This document shows positions 51,354 through 63,428 of a DNA stretch of 64,000 bases, piece by piece. Within the stretch, counting starts at the first letter, position 1, and every line of letters starts with the position of its first letter. Origin of the DNA: Octopus bimaculoides (lineage: Eukaryota); assembly GCF_001194135.2 (NCBI RefSeq), contig NC_068981.1:134262649-134326648 (forward strand). The letters are read 5' to 3'. The notes beneath the pieces were generated by a model, which was not told where the DNA came from, searched no databases, and worked only from the letters and a program-made list of their open reading frames with translations. Position numbers and translations under genes: made by a program.

Positions 51354-53214
51354 GGAAATTTAGAAAATTTCAGACTTTATAGTAAATTTGAAATTTGATA
51401 ATGTATGCATATGAAATCAACTGATCAGTAATTTTAAATTGATTAAGAAGGAATACAATATCATGTAATTAATTTTAAAGAAATCACATGGTTTTTATAT
51501 TGAATAGAAAAAAAATAATTACATGCATAGAGGGGAAAAAAAGGATGATGACAATCTTGATGATGTAGTGGAGAATAATTGCAATTTGGTTTCTTTGTTT
51601 ACCTTTTTTTTTATATATCTCTTCAGGAATTAAATTAACATCAGCACTGGTCACTAATAAAATGTTTTAAAAGAAAAACAAAGAATATTATTGTTATATT
51701 CATCATATCTCAAAATTATTATTTCAAATTAGATTTTCTTTTGTCATATCCAGTTATATACTGAGCACTTTTCTTCTCAATTTACATCTACTGTATAGAG
51801 ACATACCTGCAACCTATGCAAAAGCATGTCTCTCTCTTTCATTCTCGTTTTTACTGTGTCTTCATTTCTTCTCTGCTGCTTCATACTATCAGACATCCTC
51901 TAGTCTCCCACTCATTCCTGGTACCTCTGCCTCACTCATTCCTATCCACCTTTTACCTTGAAGGTCCACTCTGGTACCTCATCATTACTTATATCACTTT
52001 CTAGTTCCCCTCTCCCTTGTAAAATGATAGTAGTCATGTCTCCTCTCTACAGTAAGAAATCTGTTCTGCTCCAGGCCTTTGCTATCATACTTCACTCCCC
52101 TCTACTCCTTATTCCCCTAGTGTAAAGTCTCACATATACACACATACTTTGAGGTTTGTAATCTTACAAGCTGCATGACAATGTCACTAGTGCAGGTGGC
52201 ACCAAAAGGAAGAAAAATAGCACTGAGTACATGCTATAAAATGGTTGGCATTAGGGAGGACATCCAATTGTAGAAACTATGCCAAAGCAGACAGTGGAGC
52301 ATTATGCAGTCCTTGAGCCCATCAAATCCTGTCAGACTGCCCAACCAATGTCAGCATGGAACATGAACAGGTGGTGGTGGTGGTGACACTGCTGCTGCAT
52401 AGTATAGTGGGATGAAGTCTAAGACTTCAGTTTTTTGTAATTTTGCAATTCGTACAAAATGTGAAGTATGAGAGAAGTCAAATAAAATGACAGTAAAAAT
52501 AGATTATAGCTGTTTTTACTTAAAGCAATTATTCTCTAAATACATTATAAACTGTCCCTGAAATTTTCATTCTGAGGTCTACAGGAATGATAGGTTTGTA
52601 AATTATTTAATGTAAAAATGAAAAAAAAAAAACGTTTACAACCATTTTCTATAACAATATAACTTTTTCAATATTTCTCTTCCAAATAATATCACTATTT
52701 GTATATTATTGGTCAACTTTGATCATCTAATTCCCTCAGTACTGGTGACAGTTTCATTGACTAACCATAAAATTATCCCAGAAGCAAGCAGCAACAAACA
52801 ATTTGAACTTATTCTGTCAGTTATTGAAGATTATGCATAGCTTTCAAACTATTGCCATAGCCTTTAACTTACATTAAACAGCATCTACATGGCATACCAA
52901 AACTGTGAATTTATTAGCCTTGTCTCTGTCCATTAGTAATGCACTATTTTTTCTAACTTTTATGAAATGACCTCATGTTTACCCAAACTCATATATGTAT
53001 ATATATATTTTATCATCATCATCATCATTCAACATCCATTTTCCTTTGTGGTATGGGTTGGGTGGTTTGGCAAGAGCTGCCCAGGTTCCACGTCTGTTTT
53101 GGTATGGTTTCTATGGCTGGATGCCCTTCCTAATGCCAACCACTTTACAAAGTATACTGGGCAGTACCGGAACAAGTGCTTATACGTGCATGTACAAGTG
53201 CTTATATCCGCGCG

Positions 53215-53273
<59 letters not shown>

Positions 53274-53744
53274 ATTATAACTGAAAGGCTCCAATTTCCA
53301 GCACTTTGCTTGTTTCTGATCACAGCCTGGTTTTCTTTTGAATATTCACTGCCTAAATATTTTTTGAAATATGAAACGAAAGTTTGAAAGAAACACTTGT
53401 CCTTACATTCTTTTGTTTACAAACCTTTATGAACAACACCTGCAAAAATGGCTGCTTCAGCCTCATGCTTTTTATTTCATTTCTGCTTCTTGTGGTAATA
53501 TTATTATATACATCATAAACTCTATACAATTGAGGTCATGAATGTGCATTGCTGTTTTAGCAATGTTCAAAAATAATACTTTTAAGTAATACTTTTAATC
53601 ATTGTTTTTAAAATGAATGAGTGTGTATGTGAGTGTTTATTTTGCACGTGTTTGTGCAGTTGCATACATATGTACACTTAGACACACATGTATATACAGA
53701 ATTATATATTTACATATATACAACAACAACAGCACCATCTGAGT

Positions 53745-54135
53745 GGGATCACTGCTAAAGCAGCGGTCTTGTTTCCGTGCCGGTGGCACATAAAAAGCAC
53801 CATTTGAGCGTGATCATTTCCAGCTTCGCTTTACTGGCACTTGTGCTGGTGGCATGTGAACAAGACATTGGACTGACTCCTGTGCAGGTGGCACGTAAAA
53901 AACACCATTTGAGCGTGGCTGTTACCAGTACTGCCAGACTGGCCCTCATGCCGGTGGCACGTAAAAAGCACCCACTACACTCTCAGAGTGGTTGGCACTA
54001 GGAAGGGCATCCAGCTGTAGAAACTCTGCCAGATCAGATTGGAGTCTGGTGTAACCATCTGGTTCACCAGTTCCCAGTCAAAATCGTCCAACCCATGCTA
54101 GCATGGAAAGCAGACGTTAAATGATGATAATGATG
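53745..54135 (+). mobile_element. Family D element with about five internal repeats
   Basis: Repeated ggtggcac(a/g)taaaaagcacc units, conserved core and (ATG)n tail. Confidence 0.88.
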
Positions 54136-54264
54136 ACATACATGTATACATTTACTTATATATGTATACTCACATATAGACACGCACACACATACATATG
54201 TCAATAAAACCTATTAATTAAACATCTCAAAAACCAATGATTTTTTTCTGAATCAAAACAAATC

Positions 54265-54560
54265 TCAAGAAGGCTTGTATTTGCATAAAAGATACTTAGC
54301 TGCATGCATACAAGGCATTAATAACTCAATTCTTTTGCTCAAACTTTTGGTGTCTTGAGAGAAAATTCTCAGTTTCTCACTTAAACAAAGGTCACACCAG
54401 ATCCTTAATTTGAAGCTCCCAGACGAGGTAATTTTGAATTCAAGAGGACTTGTCTCACACAAGAACCGTATAAACTTTGACAAAGCCATCGCACATTTTC
54501 TGTCAGGGCTAATAAATGACTTCAATTGTATGGAGTTTATGTTGTTTGTAATAATATTAC
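54265..54560 (-). pseudogene. Penelope-like element GIY-YIG endonuclease C-terminus
   Basis: RKCAMALSKFIRFL...FKITS...WCDLCLSEKLRIFSQDTKSLSKRIELLMPCMHAAKYLLCKYK matches the PLE pattern K..T.LSK.IW.LK....KW.I....C.LCL.EK..I....LLNKR.EL...C.H..K.LL. Confidence 0.7.
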
Positions 54561-54904
54561 CATGAGAACCAGAAATGAAATAAAGTGTGTGCACGTGTTA
54601 TTCACAAAGGTTTTTAAATGAAAGAACATAACAATAAGCATTTCCTTCAAATTTTCATTTCATTTCATATTTCAAAAAATGCTAGCATGGAAAGCGGACG
54701 TTAAACGATTCAGGCAATGAATACTTCAAAAGAAAACTAGGCTTGGTTTACCAGCTGATGATTGGAAATGAACAACTTGGAGAATTGGAAATTGGAGCCT
54801 TTCAGTTGTAATGTACTAAAGAATACTCTGTTTTTATTGCGTCCTATAATTGATCACTTCTAGGGAATCAACAGAGATGTGTGCGAGTGCGAGCATGCGT
54901 ATGT

Positions 54905-55410
54905 GTGTAAGTGTCATTATTTAGTTTTATTTCAAGATTTCTTTCCAATAGAGAAAGGGTCAGTTTCTAACCTATATCCAAGGATCCATCATTGTAATTT
55001 CAACATCAACAGGGTATTTTTGTATGTATGTATATGTGCAGATTTATGTGTTTTGTTGTATGTATATATTCTCATGCATATAGTTGCATGTCTTTACATG
55101 CTCATATATATACTTAAATATATATTTAAGGTGGCGAGCTGGCAGAATCATTAGCACACCAGGCAAAATGCTTAGCGGTATTTCGTCTGCCGTTACGTTC
55201 TGCGCTGAGGTCGACTTTGCCTTTCATCCTTTTGGGGTCGATTAAATAAGTACCAGTTATGCACTGGAGTCGATGTATTCAACCTAATCCCTTTGTCTGT
55301 CCTTGTTTGTCCCCTCTATATTTAGCCCCCTGTGGGTAATAAATATATATATATATACTTAAATGATAAATTTCTGGAAAGTTTTAGTTCCAGTGATAGC
55401 TTGGAGCTCA
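54905..55410 (-). mobile_element. R4/Dong-like LINE 3' end interrupted by a family C SINE (+, ~55130-55345)
   Basis: 3'UTR at 54910-55117; ORF-end remnant aatgataaatttctggaaagttttagttccagtga at 55362-55400; atatatatacttaaat duplicated on both sides of the SINE. Confidence 0.75.
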
Positions 55411-55522
55411 ACAGGTAGGTAGGTAGATAGGTAGGTCAGTTGGTCGGTCCATCCCATGCCAGCATGGAAAACGGACATTAAATGATGATGATGATGATGA
55501 TTGTACCTGACTGCTCTCTCTA

Positions 55523-55561
<39 letters not shown>

Positions 55562-55931
55562 GACAGCCTGTCTTTTGGGGTTTATTATTCCTTAGTACTG
55601 CTTATTAGTTCCTTTATCAAGACCCCCCCTCAACTCATTACACAACTGCACTAGTAAGTTAGTTTTCTTTTTTGAAAGAAACTTTATACTTTTTTTTTAT
55701 TAGCCGTGTTCTAAGTTTATCTAAATTTAGTTTGTTCTTCAAATTTTTCTTAAAAGCATTTTTAAGTCTAAGCTTATGAAATTTATAAGTTGATTTATTC
55801 AATAATTCCACTGATGCTTGTTTTCTCAGCTTCAAAACATGAAGCAATTCAGGTCAGTTTTCTGAATATGATGGCATTTAAAAACAAAGATCTTGGATGG
55901 TGTAATCATTTCAGCACTTAATCATCATCAT

Positions 55932-56021
55932 TGTTGTTGTTGTTGTTGTCCTCGCCGCCGCCGCCGCCTTCTTCTTCTTCTTCTTCTTCTTCTTCTTCTT
56001 CTTCTTCTTCTTCTTCTTCTC
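55932..56021. repeat. Compound trinucleotide microsatellite (GTT)n(GCC)n(CTT)n
   Basis: Directly visible. Confidence 0.95.
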
Positions 56022-56339
56022 ATTACTAATTAGAATATTTTTTTTATTATCCTTAAGTAACTCTTAACATCCTATGATATGAATCTCCATGGTACCACAT
56101 CTGTTTGTTAATCCTATCTATACTATCTGAAACAGCATAAATCAAACCACTCTTGTTAGCATTCATTTTAAACTCTCTCATCTAAAGAAGATAACTTTAA
56201 TCCCTTCTTCCATCATCACAGTGTCCGCTATGCACATCTATCTCAACTCCCCAACCCCCACCACCAGTGGGGGTTGCAATTTTTTTCATGAAGATTTTGT
56301 ATAGACTTTCCTTTCGTTAAGAAAATGGTTCTCTTTTAT

Positions 56340-56700
56340 CTGTTACCTTTTAATTATTTCAGTAATTAGACTGTGGCCATGCTGGGGTACAGCAGTGAGG
56401 AATTTTAGTTGAATGAATTGACCCCTGTTCTTATTTTCTTTTTAAATCTGGTAACTATTCTGTTGGTTTCTTTTGCCAAACAGCTAAGCTATGGGGAAGT
56501 AAACACACCAATACTGGTTGTCTCACACGCACACACACACTCGATGGACTTCTTTCAGATTCCGTCTACCAGATCTACTCACAAGGCTTTGGTTGGCCCA
56601 AGGCTACAATAGAAGACACTTTCCCAAGGTGTCACGCAGTCGGGCTGAACCCAGAACCACGTGGTTGGGAAACAAACTTCTTACCACACAGCTACACCTA
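56340..56700 (-). mobile_element. SINE family A, near full length
   Basis: Reverse-complement match to 39929-40328. Confidence 0.85.
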
Positions 56701-57110
56701 TTATTCATTCATTGAGTGACAACTTACTCAATGCTTTAATCAATGGATTAATAGCAAATAAGGCTTTGGTGATGATAACCAGACCAGTATATGTATTTCT
56801 CGTATGTACCCTCAATGTCTGACTTTGATCCATCTGATTTTTCACCAAGTGACTTGGTTGAAATATCATCTGAAGAATGGTCTGACAATTGAGCCTTTTA
56901 CAAGTATTGTTAGTCCAAGAATACATTTAGGGCTTGATGTGAAGTTGGTGGAGTATTTTTTCCTACTTTTCTATTGAGTTTTGATCAGTAGGATTATATA
57001 GCAAACTACTTTGTATACAGAACCAAAAGGAGAAGTCAACTTAGCTCCAGTGTGTTGAGATTTGTGCACACTTGGGTTTTTTTTAATTTCTGAATTGAAT
57101 AACAGCTTAC

Positions 57111-57133
57111 CTGTAAATTTCATTATGAATAAA
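57111..57133 (-). other. Candidate 23-nt micro-exon
   Basis: Acceptor ccttgatccttttgcag and donor CAG|gtaagc in unique sequence; open as FIHNEIY or LFIMKFT. Confidence 0.3.
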
Positions 57134-58636
57134 CTGCAAAAGGATCAAGGCAAACCATTATTTTGTAATGTTTGTGTGTCTATTACTAATTGCATTTAAT
57201 TTATTGCCACATAATGATATCTGCACACCAGTGTGTCTGAATGGCATGGCTAGGGAGCCAGCTCTCTTCTGAGTTCTATATGCTTAAGACTATCTTCTAC
57301 TATTTGACTCATAACTGAAGCCGTTGACAAGTATTACAACTCTGGGCCAGAGCAGAGCTGGGGGGAGTGGTAACTAAGGGTTTACTTCACCCTCCCCAAA
57401 ACCCTTAATCTCAAAAAAGCTTAATGTCTTGTCCAGGTAACTACATTCAACTACCATACTTGGATTACAGGCCAATGTGGGGTTGCCTCCAATTCTGGAT
57501 TTTACTTTACACCTCTGATTGGCTTCCTTGCCTTAACTAGTCTGTCTGTCTGTCAGTTCATTCATCTTCCTGTCTGATTGTCTGTCTTTATGTGTTTGTG
57601 TACTTGTTCAGTCATCTGTGTCTTTGTCCATTCATTTTCAGTCTCTGTATTCATTCATGTTTCTGTGTGTCTGTTCATTCATATATTTATTGTCCTTCCC
57701 TTCTATTTCTCTATTCATCTGGTTATTAAACAGGCAGAACAATATTAGGCTAAACAACATCAACAACTGCTTATATTATATTGGTTTCCAATACAAAATA
57801 GATGCTATTTAAATACCCATTATTGTTTTGATACTGATTTTAACTGCTCCACTTTGATTGCTTTGAATGTTTTTCTGTAGTATTTAAAGTACATTTTTTA
57901 AGACAGTGTTTTATCTACATATATTTTTAATTAAATATTAATCTTCTTTTGTTCAGTGTTGTCATAAGTGCTATAAATTTTCAATCTTAAAATTCCAGAA
58001 CTTTTATAGTCTTTACAATTTGATACCAAGTAATAAAAAATTTATATGGCAAAAGAAGTTATAAAACATTGTTTGAGATAAATATTCTTAGTAGAGGAGG
58101 AAGGAAAAAAACAAAAGCAACAATTGGAGGATGACTGGCATTAAAGACTTTTACTAGCAGATAGTAAATCATTGTTGTTTTGAGAGTACTGAATATTTAT
58201 AAGTTAGCATTGAACATACTTTCTTTTGTTTATATTTTATGTAAAATAGAAAATCCATAAGTGTCTGCAAGACAATGCTGAACTTTAGACTGAACTAATA
58301 AGTTTCCATAATTGGCTTAATAGGATACTTAAGTGGTATTACAGCAATATTAATAGAACTTGAAATGTGAAATGAAATCTCCTTTATAAGCTAAGATTGT
58401 AAACACTTCATCTGTTAAAGGAACTTAAGATTTATCCAGCTTGACTATGGCACCAACTGTTGGTTTTTCAAAATATTAAATAGAATATTATAACATATTT
58501 TCTTTTGCTTTAATTTATATGTACCATATGGTGCATATTGTATAATTTTAATATAAGTATGCATGTAATAGTTTTTCTATTAAAGGTTTGTACTAAAGAA
58601 TTACTGGAGTCACCATCAATGTATCATACTTTATAT

Positions 58637-58958
58637 ATCATCATCATCATCGTTTAACGTCCGCTTTCCATGCTAGCATGGGTTGGACGATTTGACTGAG
58701 GACTGGTGAAACCGGATGGCAACACCAGGCTCCAATCTGATTTGGCTGGGTTTCTACAGCTGGATGCTCTTCCTAACGCCAACCACTCAGAGAGTGTAGT
58801 GGGTGCTTTTACGTGTCACCCGCACGAAGGCCAGTCAGGCGGTACTGGCAACAGCCATGCTCAAAATGGTGCATTTTATGTGCCACCTGCACAAGAGCCA
58901 GTCCAGGGGCACTGGCAACGATCTCGCTCGAAAATCCTACGAAGGCCAGTCAGACGGT
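58637..58958 (-). mobile_element. Family D young element
   Basis: Near-identical reverse complement of 37925-38445. Confidence 0.88.
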
Positions 58959-59436
58959 GATAGGCAATTACTGCAGTATTCATTTAAAGATAACATCTTT
59001 TATGGACATACTCTATTTAAAAGTACAATATATATAAGAGGGAGACAACCATACCAGCAGTGATCAGTGAGGGTGCCAGGCAAATTTTGGCCTCCTTGGG
59101 CCTTATCAATAATGTATACTCAAAGCCAGCCAGATGCCTAGATGACATCTGATATTGGTAACAGTGAATAAACATTAACAAATAAATGCATAAAACTTCA
59201 GCATCTGCAATCGAGAAAATATTAAATTAAAATAGCCATCTATGTATCATACTTGACGTATATACATCATTAACAGGTAAGTTACTACAGTATTCATCGA
59301 GAGATAACATTTTTTATGGATGTCTCCCGTTGATATGTATTGTATCTTTAAACACAGCATGTCCATTAATAATGTTATCTCTACTGTAACTTGTCGGACA
59401 ATGATGTATATATACATTAAGCATGTTATATAGATT

Positions 59437-59890
59437 ATCATCATCATCATTGTTGTTTAACGTCTGTTTTCCATACTGGCATGGGTTGGACGGTTTGACT
59501 GAGGAGCCAGTGGCTGCACCAGGCTCCAATCTGATCTGGCAATGTTTCTACAGCTGGACGCCCTTCCTAACGCCAACCACTCCGAGAGTGTAGTGGGTGC
59601 TTTTTATGTGCCACCGGCACAGGAGCCAGTCAGGCGAGCCTGCCATCAATCACGTTTAGATAGTGCTTTTTACGTGGCACTGGCACAGGAGCCAGTTAGG
59701 GCACTGGCATCAGCTATGTTTAGATGGTGCTTTTTACGTGCCACCGGCACAGAGCCAGGCAGGTGGCCCTGGCATCGATCACGTTCAGCTAGTGCTTTTT
59801 ATATACCACCAGCACGGGAACCAGTGAGGGGGTCACTGGCATCGGCCACATTCGGATGGTACTTTTTACATGCCACCGGCACGGGAGTCA
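59437..59890 (-). mobile_element. Family D element with about seven internal ~40-bp repeats
   Basis: Repeated gtgcttttta(c/t)gtgccaccggcac.ggagccagt units after the conserved core. Confidence 0.88.
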
Positions 59891-60061
59891 GTTAGCATTT
59901 GATACTGCTTTAGTTGTATATAAAAGATGATTATATTATTTGAACCATATTTACACATGATGAGACAACGGCCAACTGATAGTATATCAGTAATATTATT
60001 TTATACTATAGGTTGACTTTATTTGCTTGATAAATGTAATTATTTCATCAAGTATTAGGTT

Positions 60062-60234
60062 GAGGTATAGCTCTATGGTTAAAAAATTCATTTCATAACC
60101 ATGTGTTCCCAGATTTGACTAGCTGGCCAAACTCTTGAGCAAGTTCCTTTGACAATAGGCTTGGATTGAACAGTTTCTTGTGAGTGGAATTTAGTAGGCA
60201 GAAATTGTATGAAAATCTGTTGTGCACACTCATG

Positions 60235-60273
<39 letters not shown>

Positions 60274-60627
60274 TGCACGCATGTGCATATGGATGTGTTT
60301 ACAGGAGTAAACTGTGTGTGTAGAGGTAGAGTTGGGTTGTCCCTCTGGTGATGTAAAGCACTCATGGTGGTGCCACATAAAAGTGTGTCGTGGTGTCACA
60401 TATAAGCATCCATGCGGTGCTACATAAAGCACCTGTGTGGTGCTGCATAAAAACATATAGGATACTTTGTAAAGTGGTTGGCGTTAGGGAGGGAATCCAG
60501 CCATAGAAACCATGCGAAATCAGACTGGAGTCTGGTGCATCCCCCCCACCATCAGCTGGCCAGCTCTGGTCAAACTGTCTAAACCATGCCAGCATGGACA
60601 ATGGGCATTAAATGATGATGATGATGG
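60062..60627 (+). mobile_element. Composite SINE: family A-like tRNA head, (TG)n, family D tail
   Basis: Head tagctctatggttaaaaa...cttgtgagtggaatttagtag; tail ggttggcgttagggagggaatccagcc...cattaaatgatgatgatg. Confidence 0.7.
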
Positions 60628-62158
60628 TAGATAGATAGACATAGTTAGAATAAGTACAAGTCTGAATAATAACTGAGATCAATATCATCAGCTAAAACTC
60701 TTGAAGACTATGCTCCTGCATGGCCACTATCTAATAACTGAAACTAGTAAAAGTGTAAAAGAAAATTAATATATTCTTGAGTTTGTATTTTGGATATATT
60801 GCCTGTTACTAAGTAGTGTTTCAATTTATTACTTTTTATTGATTTAAATTTTTTTTACAAAATATATCAGTACAGCTGTTATTACCTGCCTATTATAATT
60901 ATTGCTTTTACAAAAATGTAGGCAATTGCATGATAAACTAAACAAATTCATAGACAGTTGAGTGTCTGATTTTAAACATTGATTTCAAAATGTCTTATTA
61001 TAATTGACAATCTATACAATAGGTATGTAAAATAACAATTATTGGTAATTATGGTATAATATTTTGAGCTGTACACGAGATTGAGATTAAAAGATTGATA
61101 CTGGAATTGTATTTCTGAAAATTTGCTACCTGCTAGTCTTACATGTACCATGATAACTTGTAGAAGTTTAAATAAGTCACTGGAGCATTACTTCATTCAG
61201 TATGCTGAAGAAAACGGTTACCAGCTCTTTCTGGGAAGTTATCTGTGATAGACTAATGACCTGTCCAAAGGAAAATCTACCGCTCTTCCTCCTACAGTTA
61301 AGGAACCTATACACTCTGGTCATGTATGGAATTATTCATTTTCATTTTATTCACTTTGAAATATTTATCATGTAATTTTTTTTCAATGAATTAAGTGCCT
61401 GTCGTGTATATGTGTGTGTGTGTGTGTGTCTTTGTTTGTCCTCAAATCAATTTCTTCAACTAAAACCCTTTAAAACAGTGCTCCAACATGGCTGTATTCA
61501 AATAACTGAAACAAGTAAAAGAATAAAAACATATCATTTGTTATCTACTCAATTAATGTTTTCAGAGAAAAGATGGGTCATATCGACAATAGGTCATACT
61601 GATAACTTTTATCTCAATGGACACAAAATATAGTAACACATACATTAAATGGTTGGTTGTTATAATACTTCTTAATGCGACATTTTTAACTACGCACATG
61701 CAGAGAGAAAAAGAGAGTGGTGGGAAGATAAGGGTATCAATACTGAAACATATGTAGTAATACCCAAATTATCCAATTGTTTCATCTTTATTACTATACA
61801 CATACATGTAATGTTACATATAATATGTTGTAACTTGACAGAAGTAGCTTTATGCTTAAGTAAATACATCAATCTCGTAAAAGGTATTATGTTTTAAATT
61901 AATTGTTTGTTTAGAATTTTTATTATCCCATTTCTTAGGTATATTAATTAAAGCAATATCTGATTTTAGATATTTACAAAATAAATTTAATGGCAGAATC
62001 TCTGAAAACGTTAAAGCTGATAAAAGAGGTAATGTTTTAACGGTTTAGCCTTGTATCAGATAAACATTTCCATATAAATTTTGATGTGCAATTTCATGCC
62101 ATAATTCAAATCTGATTCTGCAATATTACTCTTTGGCTTTGGAATTTCTGTTGTTTAA

Positions 62159-62376
62159 CGCTTTTGTTTTCAAATATCTATTGGAATGCACTTCCTTTGT
62201 TTCTGTTAATTCTGAAAATAATGAAGAATTTAGGATTTTTGTCATTATCAAGCTTGTGTATGGAACATAAGCGAACATATAATTTTGATGAAAGGTTTTA
62301 ATTTAGATTACTTTAAAATGGCCAGATTGTAACATAGGATTTGGGGGTGATCTCAGGTGGGTTGGTATCAAAAGGG
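62159..62376 (+). mobile_element. TTAA/piggyBac-type MITE family 1
   Basis: TTAA(62155-62158)-cgcttttgtt ... ggtatcaaaaggg-TTAG. Confidence 0.78.
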
Positions 62377-62380
62377 TTAG

Positions 62381-62597
62381 CCCTGTAGCATTTTAACCTG
62401 CCACACCTGGCTCAGATATTCTTCCGGTTTTATGTTCAGACTGGCTACATCCAGCCTCTCACACCTACACTACAATGTCATACTAAAAATAAACACATCA
62501 TCAAAATCTCAAGGCTGCAAGATAATTGCATGTTTAATTCAAAACAATGTGAATAAATAAGTATGATACTTTACAGAGTAATCTGAATGCTAAAGGG
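62381..62597 (+). mobile_element. TTAA/piggyBac-type MITE family 2, abutting family 1
   Basis: TTAG(62377-62380)-ccctgtagcatt ... gaatgctaaaggg-TTAA(62598-62601). Confidence 0.8.
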
Positions 62598-63324
62598 TTA
62601 AATAAAAGTAGAATAATTGATATTAATTTGATGTTTGATTTAATTCAATATTAATGAATAAACGTAAAATATGGTTTAGATTACAACAAAAAAATCTGTA
62701 TTAGAGATGATTGACAGGAATAATTAGAACCAATTTTTATTCAAACCAGAGTGAAAAAGTAGTCCTGTATTTTGTTAGAGATGTGTGCCATCCATATAAG
62801 TTACAGTTAGATGTTACTGTATTTTCTCCTATTGGATGATGTGACCATGTAGTAGGTGGCATATTCACAGAAGAAGCATGTTATTGTTCAGAATCTTTAT
62901 AACTGATCCTAATTTTCCTTTTATTTTTTTTTAAAAGGTTGAAAATGGTTAAAAGGAATAATTTTTGAATCTTTTTTTTTGTATGTTACTGGCTTCCATA
63001 TATGTTGGCTTTAACATAAGAAGCTTTCTATAAGTAGCAAAACAATAAATATTGTATCAATAGAAAACATTTAGGTTATTTTACTTTCAAAATCTTCCTA
63101 TCAATTATTAAGTGAAGTAGGTTTTTACAAACTTTATACCACTTCATCTTCAAATTATCTTGTCTGATATTGTTTTTTTGTTTTTTTTTTAACTTTTCAT
63201 TCTGTAATTTGGGAATAAATAGAATTATGTTTTGTATTTATGTTCCAGAAAGTAATTGTATTTAGGTTATATATTGTCAATGCTCAGAATGATATGTTTC
63301 CAATATATACTTCTGTTTTCTTAC

Positions 63325-63428
63325 CTGAATATATGAAGGTCAGAAGTTTAAGTCCAGGATCAACATCCAAATTCATCTTTCCTCATTTTTGTTATATCTA
63401 ATGGCGGCTGTTAGCTAACTATTGTAAA
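63325..63428 (-). other. Candidate exon, possibly containing a start codon (MNLDVDPGLKLLTFIYS)
   Basis: Acceptor (T)n-aatttag and donor CAG|gtaaga. Stops in all three frames upstream of the ATG at 63376. No protein family recognised. Confidence 0.3.

Noticed and set aside
55659-55847. Lysine-rich 62-aa ORF on the minus strand
   Set aside because: Consistent with translation of A-rich sequence; no recognisable motif or clear splice boundaries.
59600-59890. CRISPR-like spacing of ~40-bp repeated units
   Set aside because: The units are degenerate tandem repeats inside a eukaryotic retroposon, with no unique spacers and no cas genes.
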